DNA of 64,000 nt from Camelus ferus (lineage: Eukaryota): NCBI RefSeq assembly GCF_009834535.1, contig NC_045697.1:49106001-49170000 (forward strand), read 5' to 3'. The position numbers and the translations under genes were made by a program. This document shows, one piece after another, positions 1-13,869 of the stretch; position 1 is the first letter of the stretch, and each line of letters starts with the position of its first letter. The notes beneath the pieces were generated by a model. It had not been told where the DNA came from. It did not search any database and worked only from the letters and a program-made list of their open reading frames with translations.

Positions 1-1410
1 ATCTTTAATATTAGTTTGTTTGACTGCAAATTCAGGCTTTTATGACTTTGAGGAAGGAAGATTTCTCGATAGGACTGAGGGTAAGGGTCATGTCCACCTT
101 GCTGCTAGTACTGTGCCTGGCACACAGTAGGTACTCTGTGGTTGCCATGCTAGGCACTGGCGATGCAATAGGGAATAAAACAGACTTGTCTTTGTCATCT
201 TGTTACTTAGTTTCTAGTGTTTGTTGCCTGGATTAATAAGAAACCACCTATTTTCATGATTCTTGCATCCTCATAAGTTGATATTTGCTCCATATAGTAA
301 TTTTGATTTCATATCTGGTAGAAAATAAGTAAGATTCTTTTTATTTCACCACATTCCGTACCTTAATTACAGTCATTATTCAGAGGATCTCTCATTCATT
401 CTCTTCTCTCCCCTCTTCTTTCTCTGTTGCAACACAAAGGTAAAATGCATTGCATAGAGTAATCTGTGAGTAGGTGTTATTTAAGAGTGAGGATGAGGAG
501 TTCCAGCTGCTTTTTCTAGCCTTATTGGCAGGTAGTGTGATCATTTTATTTCCAAATAGGATTACTTAAATATGCATAACAGTGTTGTCAAACATTACTG
601 GATTTTTCCCACTCAAGGACTAATTACTATCTCTGAAACACTTTACTGCAATGAGACTTAGTTCACATACTTTCCAGGAAAAAAAAAAGCATTTGAACAA
701 CAAAAACAACAGAACTTTAAGCTGAGATGTTATAAAACGGTCTTGGATTGGTAAAGACCCTTGGCATCTGGACCAAGTGCTATAAATCATCCCTTCTGGA
801 CTGCAGTGAGCCTAGACAACCATACACTCAGCCCAGTTCTCACAGAATTTTTGCTACAGATAAATTCACAATGGACATGAGCTCACCAACTAAAATGACA
901 AAATCCATGAGGAAATAAGGCACAATGACTGAGGGACAACAGAAACAACAAAGAATCAGATCTCTAGAAATTGTATGCATCGAATGTTTAGATGCAGAAT
1001 ATAAATAAATATGACTAGTTATGTATAAATGTATATATTTACATGCATAAAATAAACATTTACAGTATGTTTAGGAAATAATAGAGGAAATTGGAAATAT
1101 GAGCAAAATATAAAAACTATTTCTTAAAGTAGATGTGAAAAAGAACCAAATAGAGCTGATATAAATGAAAAATATAATCATTGCAATTAAAACCTCTATG
1201 GACTGGTTAAATAGATTAGACCAGCTCAAGAGAGAATTAGTAAACTAGAAATAGTTCTGAATAAATGCCAAAGTACACTACAAAAATGTAAACATATAGA
1301 AAATATGAAAGAGAAGAGATATGAAGATATGGAGGAAAAGAGTAAGACCTAACATAGTTCTAAGGAGATTTCCTTAAGAAGATGGTAGAATTGGAGAGAG
1401 GCAATATTTT

Positions 1411-2316
1411 ATTTTTATTTATTTTTTAAATTGAGATATAGTTGATTTACAATATTATATTAAGATGTACAAAATAGCAATTCAAAAAATTTATAGATTA
1501 TATCACTTTAAAATTATTATAAAATATTGGCTTTATTCCCTGTGCTGTACAATATATCATTGTAGCTTATTTTTATACACAGTAGTTTGTACTTCTTAAT
1601 CCCCTACCCCTATCATGCGCCTTCCCTCTCCCCACTGGTAACCACTAGTTTGTTCTCCATATCTGTGAGTTTGTTTCTTTTTTGTTATATTCACTAGTTT
1701 TTTTATTTTTTTAAGCTCCACATATAAGTGATATCATACAGAATTTGTCGTTTTCTATCTGACTTACTTCACTAAGCATAATACCCTCCAGGTCCATCCA
1801 TGTTGTTACAAATGGCACAATTTCATTCTTTTTAATGGTTGAGTGGTATTCCATTGTGTGTGTGGAATCTTCTTTATTCATTCATCTGTTGATGGACACT
1901 TAGGCTACTTCCATATTTTGGCTATTATAGATAATACTGCTATGAACATTGGAGTGCATGTATCTTTTTAAATTAGTGTTTTGTTTTCTTTAGATATATA
2001 TCAAGGAGTGGAGTTGCTGGATCATATGGTAGTTCTATTTTTAGGTTTTTGAGGACCCTCCATTCTGTTTCACACAGTGGCTGCACCAATTTATATTCTC
2101 ACCAACAGTGTACAAGGGTGCCTCTTTCTCCACATCCTAATCAATATTTGTCATTTGTAGTCTTTTTGATGATGGCCATTCTTACAGGTGTGAGGTGATA
2201 TCTTATTTGATTTGCATTTTTCTGATAGTCAGTGATGTTGAACAACCATCTTCTTATGGAAATCTGCTTAGAAGTATGTTGGCCATCTATATGTCTTCTT
2301 TGGGAAAATGTCTATT
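1411..2316 (-). mobile_element. 5'-truncated L1 (ORF2 C-terminus + 3' UTR + tail), artiodactyl-type
   Basis: T-rich tail at left; hallmark L1 text (ccactggtaaccactagtttg, catctgttgatggacacttagg); 15-bp TSD gagaggcaatatttt (1396-1410) / gagaggcgatatttt (2317-2331). Confidence 0.9.
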
Positions 2317-3609
2317 GAGAGGCGATATTTTAAAAGATAATGGTTAAGAATTTTCCAGACTTGATTGAAAAAACAAATCCCCAATATCAGGAAGAACAAT
2401 GGACCCTGAATAAGATAAATAAGAATAAAATCTCACTTAACATTTCACCATAAATGCAAAAGACAAATAGTTGACATTAAAAGTAGCCAGATAGAAAAGG
2501 TGGATTAATTACAAAGGAACAAAAAGAACAGACTAAAAGCTAACATATAAACCAGTGAAAGAAGACAAAGACATTAAATAATCAAGGTTTCAGTGAGAAC
2601 AACGGTTGATTTAGAATTGAATAGTTAGTAAAACTATCTTTCAATAATATGGATCAAAAACATTTTTAGACAAAAACTGGTAGAATTTATCATCAAAAGA
2701 CAATAACTAAAGAAAATTCTAAAGGTTGCACTTCAGATAAAAGAGAAATGATCCCAACATGAATATTAATATCAGATGAAATGTTGAACAAGGAAAATTA
2801 TAAATCTGTAGGTATTCTTTTAAAAAGTAGGTTGTATAAAATCATAATAAATTCTAATTAGTGAAGATTAATAAAAAAGACATCTAAAATACTGAATTAT
2901 TTTATTTAATTAAGAAGAGGATACATATATTGATTAAAGAAATATAAAGAAATATATATTAGGCAGATATTAACCAAAAGAAATCTGATATAACCATATT
3001 AATATCAGGCAGAATAAACTTTAAGACAAAAAAGATCATTAGAGATATAAAAATATTAAAAGTATCATTATGCAAAAATGATAGAATGCATACACAGTAA
3101 ACAGAGATATACAATTCTAAACTTGTGTGCACCTAATAACACAAGTTAAAGTATAAAAAGGAAAATTGATAGAGCTATAAAGAGAAATTAATACACTATC
3201 CTAATGGGAAGACTTTAGTACAACTCTCAGTAATAAATCAAACAGACCAAAAAAATCAGTGAGGACAAAGGATTTAAAGCTTGATCTAATGAATGTATGT
3301 GGAACTTTGCATCCAACAATCACAGAAAACACATTCTTTTCAGAAGGATATAGAACATTATATATACAAGTTCATAAAGCAAGTTTTAACACATCTCTGA
3401 CTTAGTATCATTTAACCCACAACCCTGATCAGACTGCAGTTAAGTTAGATATCAGTAATAAAATCATATTTAAAAGCATTTATTTGAAAATAAAACCACA
3501 CAAATAAGGAAGATACCAAAGTGGAAATTAAAGAATAAATGTAGGAATACCAAAAATTGTAGGATAAAGCTAAAGTGATACTTAGAATGAAATCACCTTA
3601 AATTATTAA

Positions 3610-5910
3610 ACTGAAAATGAAGAAAAATTAAGACCTAAATAAATGGAAATATATCTCATGTTTATGAATTGGAAGACTTAATATAAAGAAGACAGTACTA
3701 CCCGCAGTGATATACTAATCCAATGCAATCCTTATCAAAGCCCCAGTGATGTTTTTGGAAGAAATGGAAAAACTCATCCTAAAATTTATATAGAATTTTG
3801 GGTCAATGGACCCAAAATAGTCAAAACAATCTTGAAAAAGAAGAGTGAAGTTGGAAGACTCACATTTCCTTATTTCAAAACATACAAAAAGCTACGATGA
3901 TCAAAACCATCTATATAGACAAATGAAATAGAATTGAGAGCCCAGAAATAAACTCTCACATCTATGGTCAATTGATTTTTGACAAGAGTGGCAAGACCAA
4001 TGAGGAGAGAATTATCTCCTCAATAAATGATACTGGAGCACCCCAATGTTCATAACAGCACAATTTATGATAGCCAAGACATGGAAACAACCGAAATGTC
4101 CATCAACAGATGACTGGATAAAGATGTGGTACATATATACAATGTAACACTACCCAGCCATAAAAAAAGAATAAAATAATGCCATTTGCAGCAATATGGA
4201 TGGACCTAAAGATTATCATTCTAAGTGAAGTGGGCGGGAAGGAGAAAGAATAAATGCCATATGACATCATTTATATGAGGAATCTAAAAAATAGTAACAA
4301 TAATAGTAAGGACACAAATGAACTATTATTTTGATTTCTTGAATATGTGTAAGCACATTTGACTGTCCTTTATGATTGGGTTACTGCATTCTGTTGATTA
4401 TTATTTGATAGTTGGCTTTATTCCTTTGATAACTATATAAGTTTAAAAAGCTAAAGATCTAATCTATTCTTAGAAACAATAATTAGTACATATATGTAAA
4501 CTAAAAAATATGCAGTATACTGTATATATGTATTTACATGCAATATAATATGTATGTGCAGTCAAACTGTAATAATTCTACCTAATAAAACTGAAAAAGG
4601 AAAAAAATTAAATCATACTGGGAAAAATGGAGAGCCACATGCAAAAGTATGAAGCTGGACCCCTAACTTATAGAATATACAAAAATCAACTCAAACATGG
4701 ATTAAAGACAAATTTAAGAGCTAAAACTATAACTTTCTTAGAAGAAAATATAGGAGCATATTTGCATAACCTTGGATTTGACAATGGTTTCTTATATATG
4801 ATATCAAAGGCAGGAGCAAAAAAGAAAAAAAATAGACTAACTGGACTTCATAAAAATCACAAACCATCATTGTGTTGTGCATCAAACGGCACTATCAAGA
4901 GAGTGAAAAAACAATCCACAGAATGGGAGAAAATATTTGTGACTCAAATATCTGATAAGAGTATAGTATCCAGAATATATTTTTAAAAATTCCTATCACT
5001 TAACAACAAAAAAACAAACAGTCCAGTTAAAAAACAGATGAAGGACTTGAATAGATACTCCTCCAAAAAAGATATACAAGTGGCCAATCAACATGTTAAA
5101 AGATGCTCAACATCATTAGTCATTAGTGAGATGCAAATCAAAACCACAATAAGATACTACTTCACACCAACTAGGATGGTTATAAAAAGAAACAAACAAA
5201 TAAATACAAAAAATTACAAAGGTTGGAAATGATGTGGAGAAATTGGAACCCTTGTGCATTGTTGGTGGAATGTAAAATGGTGCAGCTGCTGTGAAAAACA
5301 GTTTGGCAGTTCCTCAAAAAGCTAAACATAGGCTTACCCTATGACTCAGCAACTCCAGTCTTGGTATAAAACCCTCAGAACTGGAAAACAGGGACTTAGA
5401 TATTTGTACAGAATATTCACAGCAGCATTATTCACAATAACCAAGAGGCAGAAACATCTCAGATTTCCATCAGCAAATAAATGGATAAACAAAATGTGAT
5501 TTATACACACAATGGAATACTGCTTAACCATAAAAGAAATGAAGTTCTCATACATGCTACAACATGCATGAATTGAAAATATTATGTTAAATGAAAAGAG
5601 CCAAATGCAAAAGGACAGATATTGTATGACTCTACTTATATGAAATGTCTAGAATAAGCAAATTCGTTAGGACAGGAAGTAAGTTAGAGGTTACTAGGGA
5701 CTAGTGGGAGGAAGAATAGGGAGTTACTCCTTACTGAGTAGAGAATTTCTGTTTGAGTTGGTGAAAATTTTTGGAAATAGATAGTCGTGATGCTTGCAGA
5801 GCATTGTGAATGTATTAATGCCACCGAGTTGTACACTTAGAATGGTTAAAATGGCAAATTTTATGTCATATTTATTTTGCCACAATTTTTTTAAATTGTT
5901 AAAAAATGCA
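3610..5910 (+). mobile_element. L1MB-like element (ORF2 3' half + 3' UTR), nested in the older L1
   Basis: ORFs 4627..4986 and 5038..5232 are L1 ORF2p C-terminal fragments (EWEKIF, KRCSTSLVISEMQIKTT); 3' end tgtacacttagaatggttaaaatggcaaattttatg followed by an A-rich tail. Confidence 0.85.
4037..4608 (+). mobile_element. TSD-flanked chimeric retroinsertion: L1 3' fragment (4037 to about 4325) + non-L1 AT-rich sequence + AATAAA + A-tail
   Basis: TSD taaatgatactgg (4024-4036) / taaatcatactgg (4609-4621); AATAAA at 4584-4589; the host L1MB ORF2 sequence resumes after the right TSD. Confidence 0.7.
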
Positions 5911-7179
5911 AAAAAAAAGAAAGAAGAAGAAAGTTTGCAAATTAATGAGCTAAGAACCCAAATGAACAAATTGGAAAAATAGCCAAATAAACCCCAAAGG
6001 AAGAATACTGTTCATGTTGAACAAAAGAAAGACAGACTGAAAAGAGTATGGACTTAATGCTTCCATTTACATGAAGTTTTGAAACAGGCAAAACTGTGGT
6101 TATTTAAGGTAATTGATGGCAAAGAGGCAGAATGGAGCCAGCTGGGATGCTGGCAATGTCCTATATCTTGATCTCAGTGGTGGATATGGGGGTGCACACA
6201 TATAAAAATTCAGTGAGCTGTACACTTCAGATTTGCGCACTTTGCTGTGTATGCTATACGTGAATAGAAAAACAAGAAACATATGGAACATTTTCTATCA
6301 GGAAAGTAATCCTGGAGAATTCTGTCTGCCATCATCACACATAGAAATGTGGCTTCTGGGAGTCATAGGACACCCAAAAGTCTGCAGACTTCCCCGTATA
6401 TGTCTTTTGTGATACTCCTCCAGGGGAAGGATATTTAAAATATTTAACAGCCAGTATGACATATGCAAGAACCGATCCGGAGACTGGCCAGCCAGATTGC
6501 AGCAGCAGGGTTCTGGAGTCCCCTGGCCATTGCTGGGATCACCTCTTTAGCTGCTGATCTTGGCAGGAGGGTTGGGTCCAAGGAGGTGGCTGAGGCAGTC
6601 AGGGCACAGTGGTCACTCGGCATTGCTCAGAGGAGAGCCTATTTACCAGCCAACACAGTGTTTTGACAACCATTATGGTCTTAAACTGTGCTTGTTGGCT
6701 GAGTGTCAACTCTCTCCCTCACCCACAGACTCTCCCTAGAGACTTCTCTCCACAGTGCCACAAGTGGCTTCTTGAAAACTGCCATCTATGAAAGCCAAAT
6801 AATAACAATAAAGGGTAAGGCATGACACTAGTAATCAGCAAGTCAGTGTATTTATCACTTGGTCAGTACCATGGAGCAAAATGACAAGTAGGGGCTTACA
6901 AATAAAACTGAAGAGGTTGCTGCCCTCAAGAGGTTATGGCCTGATGGATGATTGGGTCCTCGAGCTCCAGCAGGCTGCTAGATTTGAGAGATACCCGAGG
7001 CATTTGCAATAAGCTAGGCACATTCAAAGGAAGATGGAAGAGATCTCTACTGCTACTTTTTGGAGTGGTGGACAGTAAAGAGTAGATGGAATGTGGGGAT
7101 ATACTGCTGGTAGGATGTAGCTGGTGCAGGTTAATATGGAGAGCAATCTAGCAGGACTCAGTCAAATCAACTATTCAGT

Positions 7180-7620
7180 GTGTTACAACCGTCTGCTCTC
7201 TGATTTATTCCTCACCTGTCCCTGCTCTGCCTTGGCACCTGCAGGCTGCATTTGGGGTAGTTTAACTAGCAGAACTTACTGAAAGGAGACTGGGGGTAGG
7301 GGAAGGAAAAGTCAGGGTGTTTTTCTCTTTTCCCCTGTCTCCAGGGGGTACTTATATTTCTTCCTTTTCTTCCAGCTTCCCCCAGGTACCCTGACATGGC
7401 TCCAGCTCCCATCAGACCCAGGCTTCTATGACAAGTAATTCCTGCAGTTTGGATGTGCTGGGCGCATTCCTGCTATTGCTAACCTTTCGGATACCTTGTA
7501 TCCCTTGTTTGGCTCTTAGCACTTCCATCACCTCTGTAATCTGTTCTTTGCATTAAAGTCCCTTGGTTTTACATGCTCAGAGTGACTTCTGTTATCCTAG
7601 TAGGACCCAGACTGATGTAT
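7180..7620 (+). mobile_element. Old ERVL-class solo LTR (LTR33-like)
   Basis: 3' end cattaaagtccct...agagtgacttctgttatcctagtaggacccagactgatgta resembles the LTR33/LTR16 terminus. Confidence 0.55.
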
Positions 7621-9454
7621 ATGTTACTTCTACCCCAGCATTTCTGCTCAGGGGTGTGATGTAGGAATCCAGAGGGATTCCCACCCATAAGGGAAGATGT
7701 ATGAGGATGTTCATCACAGCATTGTTAGCAGTATCGGTGAGTTGAGGGCAGAGTGCTTGTCCATTTCTGTGGTGTGGATGGATGAAATGGATGGACAAGT
7801 AGGCATCAGTTAGACACAGCAGTCTAGATTTTACTTGACAACATGGTTCAGACTTTTTAAAAAATGTAGCACTAGGTGAAGAAAGAAAGAATGAGATTTT
7901 TACTACAACATGATTTATGTATATTAAAAATGCCTCCACACAAAACAAAAATATACATTTTACAGAACTCATACAGAGAGAAGGATATACTTACTTCATA
8001 CACTTAAGAATGATTGCTAATAGGGAGGACAGAGGAATAAAAGTGGAAAATGGAGAAGAAAAGGAGTATATGAATGAATGACTAAGAGAGGGCCTTACAC
8101 ACCCAACTGCTAATGGAGCACCATGAATTAAAGAATAAGATTTAATCAGCGTGCTGTACCTGAAGTTGAAAGAAAAAAACATTGCCAGAAAATAGTTACT
8201 AGGTGTCACTGAGACATAATTTCCAAGAACACATTGTGGCTTGTGGAATGCTGAAACAACATCTGCTCCAAAGCCAAGTTAGATGCAATAATAAGAACAA
8301 CATGGGACAGATGGTGAGGCAAGGGCCAAACCGAGTGACCAGTACTGGAGAAAGCAGGGGTGCTGTCGAAATTCTGTGGCAAATTTACATGAGCCTCATT
8401 TGCAGGGGATTCTAGGTCTGATATTCTTGTCAGTTGCACTCAAGCACGAGCAGAGATTATGACTTGGAGTCTCACCACTGAATATAAGTGATACCAAGGA
8501 TTACTCCTTCATGCTTTTAAGGGTCAACTGTGGCCTTGAAGGGTGGGCTGCTTTTTCAAGTGGAGCTCAGGTTATGATCAATATATGCACTAAAAGACTA
8601 GAAGCAAGAAGCATTTGGAGTGTGTTACGGAGGACTTGAATTCTCACCAGAGTAATTAAATCAAAATATGACAATAATAGAAGTTAAATACTTCACCATC
8701 ACACTAGACTTTCCTTTTCCTTGATTTTTATGTTTAGAGTTGGTATGATTTCCTTGGTCCAAAATCATTCAAGTTCTGGAAGATTCTTTGTGTAAGAGGT
8801 TGTAAGAATACTTAAAAAAGGATCATATGTAGAACCTGCAATATAGTCAATATCAATTCAAAACCATGTTGTATCTGTAATTCATTAAACTTAAAGTGAG
8901 CATTGCTCTTCTCTTTTTACCACTGGAAAAGCTAAATGTGTTTTGTTCATTCATTGTGGTGTTACTCCAAACATAATTAACTCCCTTTCAGGAATTAACA
9001 TATTTGATGGTGTTTATTTGGGCTTTTTCAATTTGTACATGATATTAAAGAGATATTTATTAAGTTGAACTGAATCTTTGTTTCCATAGATTGTGAAGGC
9101 AAAGAAGTGGTTCAAATAAAACAAGATTCATTATTGACTTATTAGATTTATTAGGTCATGTCTAATGACATGAAAAGATTAAGATAATCACTCAAGTTCA
9201 TGCAGGCAATTAGTGGGGGAACCACATCCTACTGGGAGTTCTACACTTAAATGTTGACTCATAAAGCAAGCTGAAGAGGCAATATAATATAGTGGTTGAG
9301 ACCAACCTGGATTTGAATCACAGCCCCACCACTTACTAATGATGGGCAAGTCCCTTGCAGTCTCTACACATAAGCAGTTTCTTCTTCAATAAACAGACCT
9401 AATAACAGTATGTTATACGGTTGTTATAGGGATGCAGAATGGAGATTATCTGAA

Positions 9455-9755
9455 GCTGTACTCTCCAATAGAAATACCATGCAAACTGCAAATGTGAGCC
9501 ATTTATGCAATTTTAAATTTTCTAGTAGTCATTTTAGGAAGTAAAAAGAATAAAATTACCTTTAATAACATATCATTCAATCCAATATATCGAAAATATT
9601 ATTTTAACATGCAATCGATGTAAAAATATTAATGAGGTATTTTATATTCTTTTTTTCATACTAAGTCTTCAAAATTTAAGCACATCTTGGTTTGGACTAG
9701 CCACATTTCAGGTGCTTAGTGGCCACATGTGGCTGGTGGCTACCATACTGGCCAA
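9455..9755. mobile_element. MER33-like hAT-Charlie non-autonomous DNA transposon (adjacent to a MIR at about 9280-9450)
   Basis: ccaatagaaat...aaattttctagtagtcatt...ggactagccacatttcaggtgcttagtggccacatgtggctggtggctaccatactgg; homologous to the copies at 44681/50327 and 58151. Confidence 0.75.
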
Positions 9756-10290
9756 TCAAGTATGAAGTATTTAGCCAAGTGCCTATCACCAAGAAAGCAT
9801 TCAAGGAGTTCTGACTCAAAAGCATTCCCTGGGTTTAGCCCCAGGTTGGTTGCACCCCTTCCTCTGTTATAAGCATAGAAAAGATTTGTTAGCAGCACAA
9901 GCTTGAAGTCTCGCACTTCCTCCATTTCAGTTATTCTTGGCCTGTTTGCTCCAGGGAATAGGAGGTTGCCCTTTTTTCCCTTCTGACAGGAGCAGAGCGT
10001 TGTTAGCCCTGGAGCTTTTTCAGATGAGAGTTTCCCTGAAAATCAAGATAAAGAGTGTAACCTCCATAAAGGATTTCACGGGACTTGAACAGATTGCATC
10101 TGGCCGGGTGAATATTTAATGTGCTTTTATTACTACTGGAATACACCTGGAGTCAAAATTATATCATAAAAGATTATTTCTACCCCTGACGTGGGTAAAC
10201 ACCTTCCTTTTATCCTTCCCATCGCATTCCTCCTAGGTTTCCTTGGGAATCTAGCCCCAAGCAGTACAATTAATTCATTCGAATTGTCTC

Positions 10291-10418
10291 TTTTTTTCTG
10301 AGGGGGAGGTAATTAGGTTTACTCACTTATTTATTTTAATGGCGGTACTGGGGATTGAACCCAGGACCTCAGGCATGCTAAGCACCCACTCTACCACTAA
10401 GCTCTTCCCTCCCTCCCC
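10291..10418 (-). mobile_element. tRNA-derived SINE (camelid vic-1 type)
   Basis: The reverse complement reads a tRNA-like head with A box (agcttagtggtagag) and B box (ggttcaatccc), then aataaataa..acctaattacctcccc and an A tail. Confidence 0.85.
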
Positions 10419-12399
10419 TACCTGAATTACCTCTTTTACATCTGCTTGTGGCATCGCAGTTGCCTTTACCTGCTGAATTCTTGGGGATTGACAGGCTGAG
10501 CTAGGAACACTGCCTTCTGCTGGTGGCTATGTTAAAAGTAAGTGTGGATTGAGGAGTCAGACTCCCCAGGGGCCCTGGCAGGACCCCCCAGAAAGCCCAC
10601 AGGGCAGTGTCCAACTGTCTTGGAAAGATAACACTTATATTTGTAGAATGGTAGAAACAGGTTCCCCAAGTTAGATCAAAATCAGACAGGCAGAGGAAAC
10701 TCTGTTCCTAGTCCCTGAAGCTTGAGTCAGACTTGGAAACACCAGCCTAACCCAGGGTGACCTGGAAACATTCAGCCTGACCTGGGTCAACCCTGATGCA
10801 AAAGAATCTTTAGAATCTTGGCGAGCAGAGACTAATAATGCCATAACCTTCCTTAAAACCTTGCACAGCTCCCCGTTAGATAGAGAATACATTCAGGCTC
10901 CTCGGACTGACATTCAGAACCTCCCAAGGCTGGCCTGCTCACACAGTTCCCTTACTTCCCACTCATTCTCCTCTCTAATTGTATTATTCTACTTTCTGTT
11001 TTTCCCTTCCATGCTCTTTCTTTCTGAATGTTGTTCATGTTGTACCATTCACCTAAAAATCGCTTAATAGTTAGTCTTCACTACTATCTTTGAAGTCTCG
11101 ACGCTAACCACACACCTTTCCAGAGATGAAATCTTTCCTTCCCTTTCTTTTACCTCCAATAGAGCACCCTTCTAAGTATCAAGCATTTAGCATTTTTAGT
11201 GGGCATTATAGATGCTTCAATAATTACCTTACCATTTCCCCATTATGTAGTAGTCACTCATTTGGGGAGAATGACTGCATGCAGCTATAATGATTGACTC
11301 TGGTAGAAACCACTATAATCGAATTCTACTCATGATTGGTTCAGGTATGGACAATAACCCAGCCTGAGTCAATCAGTGCATGGCACTCCCTAGGGGTCTG
11401 GTTCAGAGTGGTCCAGTTCTCAATGCAAATTCAATGGCTTGAGGAAGGGAAGACTTTTCTCATGCCCTCAATGGTATTTATCACTATAATTTTTTATTGA
11501 AGTATAGTTGATTTACAATTTTGTGTTAGTTTAAACTGTACATCCAAGTGATCCAGGTATATATTTCAGATTATTTTCCATTATAGGTTCTTACAAGATA
11601 TTGCATATAATTCCCTGTGTTATATAGTAAATCTTTGTTGCTTACCTCATGATAATTTATGATTAATTCTTTTATTCACCAAAAATATTTGGGATGGTTG
11701 ACTTTACCATTGAATTTGAGCTTCTGGAGGCTGTAAACCATTTACTGTTCTTCCTAGCTCCTAGCATAGTGGCTTACAAGGGGCTCTAAAAATGTTGGTT
11801 GAATTTGTATTCAGTCTCTGTGGACTTGGAGGACACACACCAAACTCATCCATGGGCCCAGACTCCTGGGTTTGTCCTTAGAATCTCTGGACTTTATTTT
11901 CCATGATACTGACAATATATGGAACAGGACTGGGACAGACTGACTAAATGTAAAGGATTAAATTAATCCTGAGTCATACATATACTCACTGTTCTTTGTA
12001 CCAAGTCAAGCCAACTTTTCCCTAAATGTGGACTCTACCAGACTATAGCAGTTTCTAACCTGTGTTATCACATACCACCTTTGATCATCTCATTACGTGA
12101 AATAAAGATAATATGGAAAAGTTCCAGACTTGGTCAAGGTCACAAGACATCTAGATTACTTCTGAAATGCAGGAACATAGATAATTGGGCTTCTACTGGG
12201 GTGAATCATCTAATGTCTGTTTGTTTTCATTATTTTCCTGGAAAATTCTTGTGCTAACTAGAGAGTGACTTAACCTGAATAGCCAGCCTGACAGGCTTCT
12301 GTTGGTTTGGGACAGTAATTAAAATGTTTTTTAATCTCTCCAAACCACTTCACACATATGCAAAATTCAAACTGATTATTCCATTTTGTTTTGGTGTCA

Positions 12400-12630
12400 G
12401 AGCTTACAGAACAGTGGTAAGAGTGTGACCGCTGGTGCCAGACTGCCTAGATTTGAACCCTGGCTTTACTACTTACTAGCCGTACAATCTCGGAAAAGTT
12501 ATCTGAACTCTCAGTGTCCTCATCTGTAAATGAGAATAATGCTGGTACTTACCTCATTGGATTTTGTGAAGTTTAAATGAGTTATCATATGTAAAGTGCC
12601 TAGAACTGTATAGTTAAGGTTGCAGTAAAT
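12400..12630 (+). mobile_element. MIR SINE
   Basis: Core motifs gccagactgcctagatttgaaccctggct, ctcagtgtcctcatctgtaaatgagaataat, gtaaagtgcctagaac. Confidence 0.8.
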
Positions 12631-12890
12631 ATTAGAGCTGTAATTCAGAGGATTTCTAATGGGCCTCCAAATAAAACTAGTCAATGAATTTCAGTGATCT
12701 GTGCCTCTGGAGACCCCCATGCCAGCTCTGTAAGAGAGGAGGACATGGTAATGAGGTGGTAATAAGAAAACCACTTTCCTTTCCCTCAGCAGGCTGACAG
12801 TCTCTTGAGCCCTTAACTGGGAATCCGAACCCCTAGTTACTAGCTTCTTGATCTTGGGCAAGTTATTCAATCTCTCTGAGGTTCTTCTAG

Positions 12891-13030
12891 TTTTTGTTGT
12901 TGTTTGTTTGGGTGGGGAGATAATTAGATTTATTATTTACTTATTTATTTTAATGGAGGTACTGGGGATTGAACCCAGGACCTCATGCATGATAAACATG
13001 CACTCTGCCACTGAGCTATAGCTTCCTCCC
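12891..13030 (-). mobile_element. tRNA-derived SINE (vic-1 type) inserted in a MIR
   Basis: aatggaggtactggggattgaacccaggacctc...ctctgccactgagctata; flanked by tctagt-T-rich duplicates; MIR sequence on both sides (12810-13130). Confidence 0.85.
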
Positions 13031-13619
13031 ATCTAGTATTTTTTCAGATGTAAAATGGGCATATAACCCCTACCTCACAGGATTACTGAAAAGGAGGAAA
13101 ATATTTCAAGTGCCGACCAGTGTTCCTGACAAACAATAGAGGCTTCCCTCCTCAAAGCCCACCTTGAGTTTATTAAGGAGAGATAGCTTGAAATTATATT
13201 TAATAAACTATTTCCCTAAAATGAAATTTATCTTAATTTAATTATACTATTTGAATCAGCCACAAGACAATTTTAAAGAAAGACTAACATTCTCCAAAAA
13301 GACATAAAGAAGGGGCATCATTTCAAACTATTCATTTAAACAAATTCCACTGGTCCACTATATATAAAAGAAAACTGTTTACACACATAAAGATTTTAAC
13401 TATTGTTTAATTGTCTTTATAATTTAGCATTTAAAAAAGTTTTCTGAGTTATTTTGTTGTGTATATATTCAGCATTTCTATGTGTCAACTTTTTAGGGAG
13501 GCATGAAACCAATCTGTCTTATCTGAATAAAGCTTCTGGCCTTCTGTAAAGTTTCACATGAGTGCACCAGCAAGTTTTGTCCATCTTTGTAAATCTAATT
13601 TCTGTCCTATACAGAATAC

Positions 13620-13850
13620 TTAAGAATGTTAATAATACTTATTGAACTCATATATAGTGCCAGGCACTTTTTTTGCTTCATCTCATTTAATCCTTAAAAC
13701 ATCTCCATCAGGTAAGTACTACATATTATTCCCATCTTATAGATGAAGAGTCTGACACACAGAGAGGTTAAGTAATTTGCCTAAGGTCACACAGCTACAA
13801 AATGATGGAAGTAGGATTCAAACACAAATGGGCTTTCGTGTCCACTGACA
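13620..13850 (-). mobile_element. MIR SINE
   Basis: attattcccatcttatagatgaagagtctga..acagagaggttaagtaatttgcctaaggtcacacagct, the reverse-strand MIR core. Confidence 0.8.
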
Positions 13851-13869
13851 ATGTTGAACTTTATCTGAG

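Larger units (their letters stand above)
830..6280 (+). mobile_element. Ancient degenerate L1 (L1MC/ME-like): ORF1, ORF2-endonuclease and 3' end remnants, interrupted by younger L1s
   Basis: A-rich ORF1-like sequence at 830-1400 and 2332-2800, endonuclease-like sequence at about 2950-3600, resumption at about 5920 (aaattaatgagctaagaaccc) and an old-type 3' end at 6040-6280 (gagctgtacacttcagatttg). Boundaries are approximate. Confidence 0.65.

Noticed and set aside
4627..5232. 119-aa and 64-aa ORFs as host genes
   Set aside because: They are frameshifted L1 ORF2p C-terminal fragments.
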